A DNA stretch of 64,000 nt from a virus: the IMG/VR virus record IMGVR_UViG_3300045988_107309; one strand, 5' to 3'. Positions 15,305-25,403 of the stretch are shown here, piece after piece (the first letter of the stretch is position 1; every line of letters starts with the position of its first letter). The notes under the pieces are model-generated. The model did not search any database. It saw nothing but the letters and a program-made list of their open reading frames with translations, and was not told the origin of the DNA. Position numbers and translations under genes: made by a program.

Positions 15305-16960
15305 ATGATGAACACTTTTAAACACAGATACAACGCAGGATTGGAAGAGAGTCTTAACATTGGTGGTCTTGTAAGTGAAGGAGACCTTACAAACCTTGAA
15401 GTGTTGAGACTTGAAAAGATTAAAGAAGCATGGAACTTCTATGAGGGTTATCACTGGGAAGGTATTGATGACCTTGATAGTCCACAGGTGACTTTTAACT
15501 ACTGTAGACCCTTTGTTAATAAGTTTGTGTCCTTTGAGTTTGGTAAGGGATTCTCTATTAAGACACCTATGGCACTTGATGGAAAAGGTGTTACAGTGGG
15601 AGACACTAAGATTGATACCACTGTCAGAGACCAGAATGGTGATGGTGTTATTGACCCAGAAGAACTTGAGAATAAGCCGGAGAAGATTGTTGAGAAAACA
15701 GTCAATGACTTCTTAAATGCAGTGTGGAACTCCAATAAGAGAGACGAACTGTGTGTTGAAATCGGTCAGACTAAGAGTATTACGGGTGAAGCATGGGTGA
15801 AAGTGTCCTTTGAGTCACCAGAAGATTTAGATGACCCATTTGAGGAATATCCAGATGGAAAGATTAGACTTACGGTACTTCCTACACAGTATGTCTTCCC
15901 GACTTTCAATCCACATGACAGGGATAGACTGGATTCTGTTCTTATCATGTACCCGATTGAGAAGAGAGTAAACACTGGTATTCTCTTTAGAAGGTCAAGC
16001 CTTACCACTGTGATTTATAAAGAGTTGTGGACAAAAGATGAAATTATCGTGTATGAAGACAAAGAAGAGATTGACAGAATGGATAACCCTTATGGTATTA
16101 TTCCTTTTGTCCAGATTAAGAACTTCCCGATTGCCGGAAGAACTTATGGTATGGGAGACCTCGAAGATATTATTCCTTTGAACGTGGAGTTGAACACTAA
16201 GAGGAGTGATATTTCTGAAATCATTGATTATCATTCAGCACCTATTACCTGTGTGTTTGGAGCAAAGATTGGTAATCTTGAAAAAGGTGCTAATAAAGTG
16301 TGGGGTGGTCTTCCAAAAGACGCTAAAGTAGCAAACCTTGAGTTACAGGGAGATTTAGGAGCAAGTACTAATTACACAGAGTCTTTAAAGACAGCTATGT
16401 GTGAGATTGGAGGTGTTCCAGAGACAGTTTTAGGTGGTGCTAATGCCATCAGTAACACAAGTGGTGTTGCTTTACAGTACATGAACCTGCCACTGATTGA
16501 AAAAACGAGGATAAAGAGACAGTGTACAAAGACCAGTCTTGAGACGGTGAATAAGATGATTCTTCATATTGCACTTTTAGAAGGATTGATTGAGAAGCCG
16601 GATAACATCAGTAAGAAAGACTTTCTGTATAATGAGGTTACTCTTCCAGACACTCTTCCAAAGGATGAACTTCTTGAGTTACAGAAACTTGAAGCAGAAA
16701 TGAAACTGGGTCTTGAGTGTAGACATGGTGCTATGGAAAGAATCGGTAAAGAAGATATTAACCAGAAACTTGCAGAGATTGATAAGGAAAGAGAGGAACA
16801 CCCAGAACTCTTTAATCCTATGTTACAGCAGATGTGGTATCAGAATCAAATGCAAGGTCAAGCACCCCAAATTAACAGTGGTATGACTAATGGACAAACA
16901 CCTATTGAACAAGTTCGTACAGAAATTACTGGACAAAATGGTGGTGGAACTGTACAATAG
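15305..16960 (+). CDS. portal protein
   Basis: 551 aa, immediately follows TerL and precedes scaffold and capsid; start ATGATG (15305 or 15308). Confidence 0.75.
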   Translation: MMNTFKHRYNAGLEESLNIGGLVSEGDLTNLEVLRLEKIKEAWNFYEGYHWEGIDDLDSPQVTFNYCRPFVNKFVSFEFGKGFSIKTPMALDGKGVTVGDTKIDTTVRDQNGDGVIDPEELENKPEKIVEKTVNDFLNAVWNSNKRDELCVEIGQTKSITGEAWVKVSFESPEDLDDPFEEYPDGKIRLTVLPTQYVFPTFNPHDRDRLDSVLIMYPIEKRVNTGILFRRSSLTTVIYKELWTKDEIIVYEDKEEIDRMDNPYGIIPFVQIKNFPIAGRTYGMGDLEDIIPLNVELNTKRSDISEIIDYHSAPITCVFGAKIGNLEKGANKVWGGLPKDAKVANLELQGDLGASTNYTESLKTAMCEIGGVPETVLGGANAISNTSGVALQYMNLPLIEKTRIKRQCTKTSLETVNKMILHIALLEGLIEKPDNISKKDFLYNEVTLPDTLPKDELLELQKLEAEMKLGLECRHGAMERIGKEDINQKLAEIDKEREEHPELFNPMLQQMWYQNQMQGQAPQINSGMTNGQTPIEQVRTEITGQNGGGTVQ

Positions 16961-17055
16961 AAGTGCAAAACACATAAAATAATCTGTGAGACTACTGGAC
17001 TTGCAGATTATTATGTGTTAGTATAAAGAAAATCAAAAAGTATGGAGGTACACTT

Positions 17056-17859
17056 ATGACTAAGAAACGTGGTATTATTGTAGGACCTATGAGTACAGAA
17101 GCAATCGTGAGAAAACTTTTTAATAGTCTGACTCTTAAAGCATTTGCAGAAGAGAAACCGGGTGATGAAGGTGGTGAGGGTAATGACCCTACAGTAACAA
17201 AGCCTACTATCAACTATGAGGATTTGATTGCGAAAGCAAGAAAAGAAGAGAAAGACAAACAGTACAAGAAGATTGAGAAACTTCAAACACAGGTCAACAC
17301 ACTGACAGAACAGCACAACACCGACCTTCTGGCAAAAGCTGATTTAGAGAAGCAGTTAAAAGAAGCACAGGATAAGTTGAAGACTGCCGGACAGGGTGAC
17401 AGTGAGGAAGTTAAAACTCTGAAAGCAGAGATTGACAAGCTCACGAAAGAGAAAGAAGCTCTTGACACTAAGGTGAAAGAGTTTGAAGGTCAAAAGCCTG
17501 TGAACAGAGAAGAGGTAGAGAAAGAAGTCCGAGCAGAACTTGAGAAAGAGTATGAGGTTAAAACTCATAAGACTCAAATTCTGGCAGAACACAAAGAAGA
17601 CCTTTTAGTTCCAGAGTTAGTGTTTGGTGACACTGTTGAGGAACTTGATAAGAGTCTTGAGTCTGCACTGGCAAGAAGTGAGGAGATTAGAAAGCAGATG
17701 GGAGTTACTACTAAGAAAGATAAGAGAACTCCTAAGAATCCTACAAATCCTCCGGCTTCTCCACAGCAGGACAATGAATACTCTCTTGAGTACTTAGCTT
17801 CTTTAGACCCTGCTTCACCGGAATACAAAGAGTTCCGTAGAAAACAGGGATTGAGATAA
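17056..17859 (+). CDS. scaffolding protein
   Basis: coiled-coil, K/E-rich, located between portal and major capsid. Confidence 0.6.
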   Translation: MTKKRGIIVGPMSTEAIVRKLFNSLTLKAFAEEKPGDEGGEGNDPTVTKPTINYEDLIAKARKEEKDKQYKKIEKLQTQVNTLTEQHNTDLLAKADLEKQLKEAQDKLKTAGQGDSEEVKTLKAEIDKLTKEKEALDTKVKEFEGQKPVNREEVEKEVRAELEKEYEVKTHKTQILAEHKEDLLVPELVFGDTVEELDKSLESALARSEEIRKQMGVTTKKDKRTPKNPTNPPASPQQDNEYSLEYLASLDPASPEYKEFRRKQGLR

Positions 17860-17914
17860 AGGAGAACCTTTACTGCAACCACACACATTAAAAATAAATC
17901 AAGGAGGTAATCGT

Positions 17915-18952
17915 GTGATGAACAAAGCAAAAAAGAACATTTTTGCAAGTTTTATTAGAAAAGCCAGTATGAAGGCTTTTGCGGCAGGTAGTGTAACTAC
18001 TGCTACGACAAACGAAAATGGTGGTGTAAAACTTACAGACGCAATCCGTATGGTGTATTCCAAAGAGATTGAGTTTAAGGCACTGCCTGTTATGCGTTTT
18101 GCACAATTCGCAACAAGAAAGACTGAGTTAGGTGTAGAACCGGGTCTTACTATTTCCATGATGACTTATGCCAATCTGAAACTTGGTGGTAAGCTGACTG
18201 AAATGGTAGATATGACTACACAGGCACTCAGCAGTTCCATGAAACAGATTACTGTTACCGAGCATGGTAACGCTGTATCTAACAGTAGACTTCTGATGGA
18301 GTCCAGTTTTGATGATATTATGGCAAGTACCACAACTCTTCTGGGTCGTGACTATGCTATGGTTCTTGACTGTGAACTTCGTGACACAGCACTGTCTGGT
18401 ACAAACATTGTGTTTGCTTCTGATGGTACTACTGCTGTTACAGAGCGTTCCGGTCTGACAGCAAACAGTAAGATGAAGGTCAGCACTATTAAGGACGCTA
18501 TTGAAATCCTTGCTACCAACAACGCTCCGAAGCGTGAAGGTGCTTACTGGATTTGTTTCGTTCACCCTCACCAGAGTAGAGACCTGCGTGATGACAGTGC
18601 ATGGATTAACGCTTCTAACTACGGAAATCCAGAGCAGTTGTTTAACGGTGAGATTGGTCGTATTGATGACACTCGTTTCATTGAGACAACTCTTATGAAG
18701 AACGGTGTTGCTCCGGCTACTGACCCGGCTTATGACGCAGACCTTGTTAAAGGTGCTGATGGAAACCAAGTTCCTGTATATCAAGCTGTTATTTTCGGTG
18801 ACGAGTACTACGGTATTGCATGGTCTCTCCCTGTTGAACTTCGTGACAACGGTGTTGAAGACTTTGGACGTAAACAGTCTCTTGCATGGTACGCTATCTG
18901 GGGTACTGGTATTCTGAATAACGAGTACGGTGTTGTTATCGAAACAGCTTAA
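17915..18952 (+). CDS. major capsid protein
   Basis: 345 aa after AGGAGG RBS; position after scaffold; followed by strong terminator 19353-19398; start GTG 17915 or ATG 17918. Confidence 0.75.
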   Translation: MMNKAKKNIFASFIRKASMKAFAAGSVTTATTNENGGVKLTDAIRMVYSKEIEFKALPVMRFAQFATRKTELGVEPGLTISMMTYANLKLGGKLTEMVDMTTQALSSSMKQITVTEHGNAVSNSRLLMESSFDDIMASTTTLLGRDYAMVLDCELRDTALSGTNIVFASDGTTAVTERSGLTANSKMKVSTIKDAIEILATNNAPKREGAYWICFVHPHQSRDLRDDSAWINASNYGNPEQLFNGEIGRIDDTRFIETTLMKNGVAPATDPAYDADLVKGADGNQVPVYQAVIFGDEYYGIAWSLPVELRDNGVEDFGRKQSLAWYAIWGTGILNNEYGVVIETA

Positions 18953-18973
18953 TTCATTCCCGGAGGTGTGAAT

Positions 18974-19345
18974 ATGAGTAAGAAGTTTGAAGCTATTAAA
19001 CAGGCAGTCTTCTATGCACATGAGACACCAGAGAAACTTGCAGGAATCCTTGAAGGGTTAGTTGATGATGTGTTCACAGGTGTAGTTTTTAAAGATGGTC
19101 CGAGTGAAGTGAAGATTCCCGAAAGTGGAAATGCAACAGCTACTTATGTGGCTAAAGCAGTATCACAGTTCGGTGATGAAATGACAAACAGTGTGACTTA
19201 TACTTTGAAAGCAGAACATACAGGTGCAACCATTACCACAGCAGGTGTTTTAACTGTTGCAAGTACTACACAGGCAGGTACAATTACGATTGTAGCCACC
19301 TCTGGTGCTAAGACAGCAGAAATGGAAGTTCAGCTTGTAGCCTAA
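18974..19345 (+). CDS. Ig-like (Big_2-type) domain protein, probable head decoration
   Basis: ATG 18974 after GGAGGTG; TYTLKAEHTGATITTAGVLTVASTTQAGTITIVATSGAKTAEMEVQL resembles a bacterial Ig-like group 2 domain. Confidence 0.6.
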   Translation: MSKKFEAIKQAVFYAHETPEKLAGILEGLVDDVFTGVVFKDGPSEVKIPESGNATATYVAKAVSQFGDEMTNSVTYTLKAEHTGATITTAGVLTVASTTQAGTITIVATSGAKTAEMEVQLVA

Positions 19346-19352
19346 GAAAGAA

Positions 19353-19398
19353 AGGGAAGGAAGACACTTGTTATCTTCCCTCCCTTATTTATTTTTTT
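19353..19398 (+). terminator. rho-independent terminator
   Basis: 12-bp stem AGGGAAGGAAGA(19353-19364)/TCTTCCCTCCCT(19374-19385) with one mismatch, then TATTTATTTTTTT. Confidence 0.8.
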
Positions 19399-19418
19399 AA
19401 ATTAAGGAGGAAAATATC

Positions 19419-19787
19419 ATGGCAGTAAAGAAAGCAGTAAAGAAGGACACTACACCAGAAGTTGAAGTACAGGAGACTCCTGTAGTTGAGACTGAGGTAA
19501 CTGAGGAAGTATCTGTTGATACAGAAGTTGAAGACAAGACCGAAGAGGTAGAAACTGACGTTGAAGTGTCTGTTCCAGAAGAGGAGAAAGAGCCGGAGGT
19601 TGAGATTGACAGCAAAGCAGTTGAAGACAAGACCGTGGTTCATAAGAATGTAAGAGTGAGAGCCAACAGAGACCACAGATGTTTCATTGGTGGCGAACTC
19701 TATGACTTGAAGGAAGGTCAGTGCTATAATGTGCCGGAGTTTGTTAAGAAGACACTTAACAGAGCAGGAGTTTTAGCACCACTGTAA
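19419..19787 (+). CDS. hypothetical protein with E/V/T-rich acidic N-terminal half
   Basis: RBS AAGGAGGAAAA; low-complexity EVEVQETPVVETEVTEEVSVDTEVED. Confidence 0.5.
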   Translation: MAVKKAVKKDTTPEVEVQETPVVETEVTEEVSVDTEVEDKTEEVETDVEVSVPEEEKEPEVEIDSKAVEDKTVVHKNVRVRANRDHRCFIGGELYDLKEGQCYNVPEFVKKTLNRAGVLAPL

Positions 19788-19811
19788 AAGAAATGAAAGG
19801 TGGTAAGTGTT

Positions 19812-20666
19812 ATGATTTTTACAGTCAATGAACTGATAACTCTTTTAAGGAGTGCAGTGAATGTACAGAATGAAGAAGCTGAGGTTAATGACCCGGCTTT
19901 CTTGACTATGACTGATGAAGAACTTACCATGTTCCTTAAACTGGGTATGTCAAAGGTCTATCCGTCTATGGAAGACCTTACTGACTTACCACCGGGTTCT
20001 GATTATCCAGTGATTTTAGTGTCAAAGAAAGAACTGTATTTGAAACTGGCAGTTACTTCCGCACCTTTGTATGACCTTACAGCGGATAATAATAACCAGT
20101 TGAAACGTAACCAGAGATTTCAACACTATATGGCACTTGCAGAAAACGCTCAAGAAGAGTATGAAGACTGGGTAGAAAATGGTGGAGGAGCAACAGTAGA
20201 CCCAAACACAGGTATTCAAGGTGTAACCACTTATGACACAATTCGTTCAAAGAACCACTACTCACTGAGGAATTATGAACATGGTCCTATTCCTATTGTG
20301 AGAATTAAAGTAGGAGAGATTACCACTGATTCAGTAGCCTTTAGTTGGTCTTCCTTTAATAACGACCACTTTGGTAAATATCTGGTGTATGTGAGTGAGA
20401 GTCCTATTATTGATATTTACAAGGAGGGAACAAAAGCAGAAGATAAAGTTCTGGAAGGTGCTGAACTTGTAATGTCCACAATGAATTTTAGAAATACACA
20501 CAAAAGAGTCACTGGACTCCAACCAGAAAAAGAGTACTATTTGGCAGTGTTTTCTATTGAGAGAAATCAGTTGTTTGGATATAAGCAAGTCACAATCCAG
20601 ACCCCTCCTGTAATGACCGAAGAGGAAATCAATATTGATTCTTTCGGAGGTGGTGCTAATGGATAA
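19812..20666 (+). CDS. head-tail connector-region protein with fibronectin type III domain
   Basis: ATG 19812; ITTDSVAFSWSSFNNDHFGKYLVYVS...VTGLQPEKEYYLAVFSIE is FN3-like. Confidence 0.45.
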   Translation: MIFTVNELITLLRSAVNVQNEEAEVNDPAFLTMTDEELTMFLKLGMSKVYPSMEDLTDLPPGSDYPVILVSKKELYLKLAVTSAPLYDLTADNNNQLKRNQRFQHYMALAENAQEEYEDWVENGGGATVDPNTGIQGVTTYDTIRSKNHYSLRNYEHGPIPIVRIKVGEITTDSVAFSWSSFNNDHFGKYLVYVSESPIIDIYKEGTKAEDKVLEGAELVMSTMNFRNTHKRVTGLQPEKEYYLAVFSIERNQLFGYKQVTIQTPPVMTEEEINIDSFGGGANG

Positions 20667-21180
20667 AGAGATTCAAGACGCTTTCGTAGATGGATTGAAT
20701 GAAGTTTACTCTATCATGTTCACAGATGGTGTGAGTGATGGAGTAAATCTTTATCTGTTAAATCCAGATACAGATGGTGGTTTTTATGGAGAGTCAAAAG
20801 TCAAAAGGTATAAAAAGCCTGTCTTACTTGTGGCAAAGACCCAGAGTAATATGAAAGCCAGAAGTGAAGAGGTTGTAGAAGCGGAATTTAAAGACCTCCC
20901 AAAATTCACAGTGCCTTATAAGTCTTTAAGAGATAAAGGTGTTGCTTGTCAGACTGAGAAAGACTGGGAGTATCTTAGAAGAGGTTACATTGAGTTTCAT
21001 GGTGCTTACTATGAGATTAAGAGTGTAAAGCCTATGACCTTTGTGGAAGATGTGTTCTTGACTATTGTATTTGAGTGTGAGTACAGGTCAGATATTACTT
21101 CCATTTTTGTCACTGATGACAATGAAGAGGAAGGTGGTTTGAATGTCACTGAAACTTCAAATGACAGGAGATTGGAATAG
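20659..21180 (+). CDS. hypothetical head-tail joining protein
   Basis: ATG 20659 after GGAGGTGG; position only. Confidence 0.4.
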   Translation: MDKEIQDAFVDGLNEVYSIMFTDGVSDGVNLYLLNPDTDGGFYGESKVKRYKKPVLLVAKTQSNMKARSEEVVEAEFKDLPKFTVPYKSLRDKGVACQTEKDWEYLRRGYIEFHGAYYEIKSVKPMTFVEDVFLTIVFECEYRSDITSIFVTDDNEEEGGLNVTETSNDRRLE

Positions 21181-21619
21181 AGCAGGTATTCATTTACGCA
21201 ATATGGCGGTTAAATTGAAACCTGCTTTTGAAGCAAGATTCTATGAAGACGGTCAGATGGTTCTTGAAAAGATGAAAGGACACATCTATAACCAAGATTT
21301 AGGTTGGACACCTTTGACAGAACACACGATTGAATTGAAAGGTGGAGATACCACTATTATGATTGAGAAAGGTCAGTTAGTGAATGGTCTTGAGGTTAGA
21401 CGTATCAAGTCAAGTGCTACTGGCAGTACAATCTTTGTAGGTGCTTCACCGTGGAAGTCGCATGAAGGTGGAATGAAAATGAGTCAGCTTATGATATGGC
21501 TTGAGTATGGTACTGATAAGTTACCTCCAAGACCATTGGTGAGACCGACTTTTGAAGAAGTAAAAGACCTGTTACAGAAAAGTTGGGAAGAGTTATTTAA
21601 AGAGATTATTGAGCCATAA
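21143..21619 (+). CDS. hypothetical head-tail joining / tail completion protein
   Basis: position between head and sheath genes; RBS GAAGGTGG. Confidence 0.4.
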   Translation: MSLKLQMTGDWNRAGIHLRNMAVKLKPAFEARFYEDGQMVLEKMKGHIYNQDLGWTPLTEHTIELKGGDTTIMIEKGQLVNGLEVRRIKSSATGSTIFVGASPWKSHEGGMKMSQLMIWLEYGTDKLPPRPLVRPTFEEVKDLLQKSWEELFKEIIEP

Positions 21620-21632
21620 GGAGGTGTGAGAA

Positions 21633-22229
21633 ATGTCGGCTAATGTTTGGTTTGAAGAAGTTGAAAAAGGACTGAAAGAAGAAATTCTGAATACAGTTAA
21701 GTACCTTACAACTATGGGTACAGTAGAACCAGTAACAGATAAGATGGTGTTTGTCAGAGACCCAGAAGAAGATTTAAGGGAAGAGCAGATTCCATGTGTG
21801 ACGATTACTCACATCTTTAACAGGTTTGACGCAAAGCGGTATAACCCTAACCCAGTGATTATGAGTAAGAATGAGGAAGAGAATTTACTCAATGTGCAGG
21901 ATTCAGCAGTACCCTTTAATCTCACATACCAGATTGATTTCTGGTCGAGATATAAAGAAGATATAAACACTATGACACGAACATGGCTTATGAAACACTT
22001 CCGACAATTCAATCTGAAAGTGATTGATGACGGAGGTGTTGAAAGGTCTTCTAATGTGTTACTTAATGAGAGTATGAAGTCTTCGGACTTGATTAAAAAT
22101 CAAAAAAGATTATTCCATTCTGTAATTTCTTATGTGATATGGGTAGAATTAGATGACGAAGTAGGTTATAATGTTCACATGGTTGCAGATAGAGTGTTGA
22201 AAGCAGACTCTTCCGAAAGTTCGGAGTAA
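21633..22229 (+). CDS. hypothetical tail completion/terminator-region protein
   Basis: position upstream of sheath; RBS AAGGAGGTG. Confidence 0.4.
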   Translation: MSANVWFEEVEKGLKEEILNTVKYLTTMGTVEPVTDKMVFVRDPEEDLREEQIPCVTITHIFNRFDAKRYNPNPVIMSKNEEENLLNVQDSAVPFNLTYQIDFWSRYKEDINTMTRTWLMKHFRQFNLKVIDDGGVERSSNVLLNESMKSSDLIKNQKRLFHSVISYVIWVELDDEVGYNVHMVADRVLKADSSESSE

Positions 22230-22277
22230 TTGCTTTAAGTTACTATTAACAGGTGATACTTGTAAAGGAGGAAGAAA

Positions 22278-22520
22278 ATGTCCTACATCATTAAAAATAT
22301 GAGTACTAATAGACCTATTGTTTGTACTCTCGGTGATGGAAAGACACTGAGATTGTTTCCGGGTAGAGAGAAACAGATTAGTGATAGACAGTACACCGGA
22401 TATTTAAAAAATCTGTCGGAACAAGAACTTCTGACAGTGAGAGAGGTTGTCGAAAGAAAGACACCTAAAAAGCCTACTGTTGAAAAGACAGTTGACAATA
22501 AAGAAAGTAAGGAGGAATAG
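22278..22520 (+). CDS. hypothetical protein
   Basis: RBS AAAGGAGGAAG; 80 aa. Confidence 0.45.
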   Translation: MSYIIKNMSTNRPIVCTLGDGKTLRLFPGREKQISDRQYTGYLKNLSEQELLTVREVVERKTPKKPTVEKTVDNKESKEE

Positions 22521-22523
22521 ACT

Positions 22524-23963
22524 ATGGATTTCAATAGACCAGACGTTTATATTCAAGACGTATCAACTGGTGCAAGTCCTATTCAGCAAGCAAGTTCCAC
22601 AATCGGTATTCTGATTGGTGCTATGAAAAGTGGTCCTGTAGGTGAGCCTGTTTTAGTATCATCTTGGACAGAGTTCATTCAGAATTTCGCAAACGGTCTT
22701 GAGACACCTTTTATGAAGGACAGTGACCTTCCGTATTCTGTATATGGATTTTTTGCTAACGGTGGAAGTTCTGTGTATATTGTTCGTGTTGCTTCTAACA
22801 CAGCAAAGAAAGCAAAAGCCACAGGTACTTTAAACACTGGGTTACAGATTGAAGCAAAATATCTGGGAGCGATTGCACCTACCATTCAGATTAAGAAAAA
22901 TGCTGACTGGGCTGAGAACACCAATGAGGTGTTTGATGTAATTGTTACTATGAGTTCTTCTGATGAAGGAGTGGCAACAATTACAGAAGTAACAAAAGAT
23001 ACCATTGTGGACGCTATCAACAGTAACATTACCACACAGAACTGGATTGTTGCTAAAGCTGAAACAGCACTGACAAAATTGCAGGAGGAAACAATTACTC
23101 TTGCTGATGGAGCAGATGGTATTGAAGATTTAGCTGACAGTAACTACATTTCTGCACTTGAGGTTTGCAGTACCATTGATGACGCAAGTTTCCTTGCTAT
23201 TCCGGGGCAGACTTCTACAGCAGTTAATGACGGAATTTTAACCTACTGTGACGCACATATGTTATTCCCGATTCTGGATATGCCGATTGGTTCTACTGTT
23301 AAAGAGACCAAAGAGTACAGAAAGAGTATCAGTGCTTATGGCGGTTGTCTTGCTTATCCGTGGGGTGTTGTGTCTGACCCTCTTACGAATGGTACAAAGA
23401 CAGTTCCAACAGCAGGTCATGTGATGGGTGTATATTCCAGAGTAATCGGTCAGCAAGGTATCAAGAAAGCACCTGCCGGAGTTGACGCAGTAGTTAAAGG
23501 TTTCCTGTCTATGGAGAAGAAACTGACTGACGCTGAAATGGGTCAACTTAACCCTGTAGGAGTTATCTGTATTGTTTCCAGAACAAATGCAGGTATTGTT
23601 ATCTGGGGTGCAAGAGGTTTGAATCCGAAAGCGGATATGAGATATGTGACTGATGTAATCATCAATTACAATATCAAGAAATCTCTGTACACAGGAACAC
23701 AGTTTGCGGTGTTTGAACCGAATGATGAAACACTGTGGAGTAGAGTGACAGCTACTTGTCAAGACTTCCTTGAGACACTTCGTTTAAATGGAGTTTTGAA
23801 GGGTACAGCAGACCAAGCGTACTACGTTACTTGTGACGCTACAAACAACACGGACGCTACTATCAACAACGGTTTCCTCTATGTTGAGATTGGTTACGCT
23901 CCTGTTAAACCTGCTGAGTTTGTGGTTATCAAACTTGCTCATTCTATGACAAGCAATTCTTAA
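22524..23963 (+). CDS. contractile tail sheath protein
   Basis: 479 aa directly upstream of the tube protein; N-terminal PDVYIQDV...G and C-terminal LNPVGVICIV...GIVIWGARGL, YVEIGYAPVKPAEFVVI patterns typical of phage sheath proteins. Confidence 0.8.
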   Translation: MDFNRPDVYIQDVSTGASPIQQASSTIGILIGAMKSGPVGEPVLVSSWTEFIQNFANGLETPFMKDSDLPYSVYGFFANGGSSVYIVRVASNTAKKAKATGTLNTGLQIEAKYLGAIAPTIQIKKNADWAENTNEVFDVIVTMSSSDEGVATITEVTKDTIVDAINSNITTQNWIVAKAETALTKLQEETITLADGADGIEDLADSNYISALEVCSTIDDASFLAIPGQTSTAVNDGILTYCDAHMLFPILDMPIGSTVKETKEYRKSISAYGGCLAYPWGVVSDPLTNGTKTVPTAGHVMGVYSRVIGQQGIKKAPAGVDAVVKGFLSMEKKLTDAEMGQLNPVGVICIVSRTNAGIVIWGARGLNPKADMRYVTDVIINYNIKKSLYTGTQFAVFEPNDETLWSRVTATCQDFLETLRLNGVLKGTADQAYYVTCDATNNTDATINNGFLYVEIGYAPVKPAEFVVIKLAHSMTSNS

Positions 23964-23979
23964 TAAGGAGGAATAAAGC

Positions 23980-24456
23980 ATGAATAAGTTATACAGTATG
24001 TTTAAGGGGATTGCTTTAAACGCTATGGCTTCAAGGACCATTGAAGCTGACCCCTTGCAGTCTTTCATGTTCAAGGTCTCTATTCCGGGTCTTCCTACTG
24101 GTGTAGGCTTTCAGAAAGTTGGAGGTCTCAGTAGAGAGGTAGAGGTAGTTGAGTACTTTGAGAATATGTACGACCATGCACATAAACTTCCGGGTAGAGA
24201 ATCTGTAAGTGAAGTAACCTTTGAAAGAGGTATGTATGCAGATGACTACCTGCAAGGTATTTACGAGACAGTGTTTAACAATAACACAGTTCGTAATACA
24301 GTGGTTATCCAAGTTTGTGACAGATTTGGAAAAATCCGTAGAGAGTTTAAATGTGCAGAAGCATGGTTCAGTAAGTATGAATGTGCTGATTTGGACGCTA
24401 CAAGCAGTGATGTAATCATTGAAACGCTGACAATGGTATTTGAGTACTTCCTGTAA
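23980..24456 (+). CDS. tail tube protein (T4 gp19-like / TIGR02241-type)
   Basis: FMFKVSIPGL...GFQKVGGLSREVEVVEY...KLPGRESVSEVTFERGM pattern; position after sheath. Confidence 0.75.
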   Translation: MNKLYSMFKGIALNAMASRTIEADPLQSFMFKVSIPGLPTGVGFQKVGGLSREVEVVEYFENMYDHAHKLPGRESVSEVTFERGMYADDYLQGIYETVFNNNTVRNTVVIQVCDRFGKIRREFKCAEAWFSKYECADLDATSSDVIIETLTMVFEYFL

Positions 24457-24478
24457 TCACACAATAAAATTGACACAG

Positions 24479-24510
24479 AAACCTTCCTATTGCATTAGGG
24501 AGGTTTTTGT
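24479..24510 (+). terminator. rho-independent terminator/attenuator after sheath-tube
   Basis: AAACCTTCCT(24479-24488)/AGGGAGGTTT(24497-24506), then TTGTTG. Confidence 0.6.
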
Positions 24511-24560
24511 TGTATTATAGAGGTAGCAATTTTCAAATAAAAATAATGGAGGAATTGATT

Positions 24561-25403
24561 ATGGCATTAAAGAAAGCAAAAGACGAAAGTATGGCAAATG
24601 TTGTTGAGCAGATTGAGCAGGAGAATATCCGGCACTTGAATGATAATGTTGTTGATGAAGATGGCATTGTCAGAGACGAACCTCTTTTAGCAGGTATCGA
24701 ATATGAGGGTGAACACCTCAGAACTTTCTCTTACCGTGAAATGAATGGTAAAGATGAAGAAGCAATTAACAAGCCGGAGATTAGAGCGAATGGCGGTAGA
24801 TTAGTCAATGTACTGTTAGAGAGAACAGTAATGGACATTGGTGGAAAGACCAGAAAAGAACTCGGTCCTAAAAAGTGGGGAGAGTTGATTAGAAAACTTC
24901 TGGGAGCAGACCTTGACTACATGGCTATGAAAGTCAGACAGCTTTCAAAGGGTAATGAGATTACCTTTACTCACAAGTGTCCAAACTGTAAGGCAACTTT
25001 AAAGACAGTAGTAGGCATTGACGAATTTGATGTTACACCTTTCAATGGAATGTACACATATCCTTTTGAATTGCCGGGAAGAGGTTACAGAGACTCTAAG
25101 GGAGTGATTCATAAGACAGGTACACTCAGACAGATGAATGGTGAAGACAGAGAGATTGTGTTCCCTCAGTTCAAGAAGAATATGGCTTCTGCCACCACAT
25201 TACTTCTGACTCGGTTAATGAGTTTTGATGACGGAACACCTGTATTTAATGACAGAGTGGCAGATATGAGTTTAAGAGACAGAGAGTACTTGCAGGAGTT
25301 AATCAAAGAAAATGTTTTCGGCATTGATACCAACCTTGAAATCACCTGTGATGTGTGTGGTGAAGACATTAGTGGACAGGTAGGTAGTTCTGATTTTTTC
25401 TAA
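24561..25403 (+). CDS. tail assembly chaperone (G-like product), zinc-ribbon containing
   Basis: ATG 24561 lies 7 nt after GGAGGA; lies between tube and tape measure; CPNC...CDVC; ends at slippery site TTTTTTC. Confidence 0.6.
   Translation: MALKKAKDESMANVVEQIEQENIRHLNDNVVDEDGIVRDEPLLAGIEYEGEHLRTFSYREMNGKDEEAINKPEIRANGGRLVNVLLERTVMDIGGKTRKELGPKKWGELIRKLLGADLDYMAMKVRQLSKGNEITFTHKCPNCKATLKTVVGIDEFDVTPFNGMYTYPFELPGRGYRDSKGVIHKTGTLRQMNGEDREIVFPQFKKNMASATTLLLTRLMSFDDGTPVFNDRVADMSLRDREYLQELIKENVFGIDTNLEITCDVCGEDISGQVGSSDFF
25394..25400 (+). promoter_or_regulatory. programmed -1 ribosomal frameshift slippery heptamer T_TTT_TTC
   Basis: zero-frame codons are gaT TTT TTC TAA. A -1 slip reads CTA ATG GAG..., which is exactly the frame of ORF 25403-25642. 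Confidence 0.6.

Noticed and set aside
18128-19021. Long minus-strand ORFs such as 18128-19021 (297 aa), 26901-27563, 37754-38449, 35067-35645 and 28344-28871
   Set aside because: All lie fully antisense to well-supported plus-strand structural genes. They have no RBS, and their composition is low-complexity or Cys/Ser/Thr-skewed, which is typical of shadow ORFs. No minus-strand gene is supported anywhere in the window.
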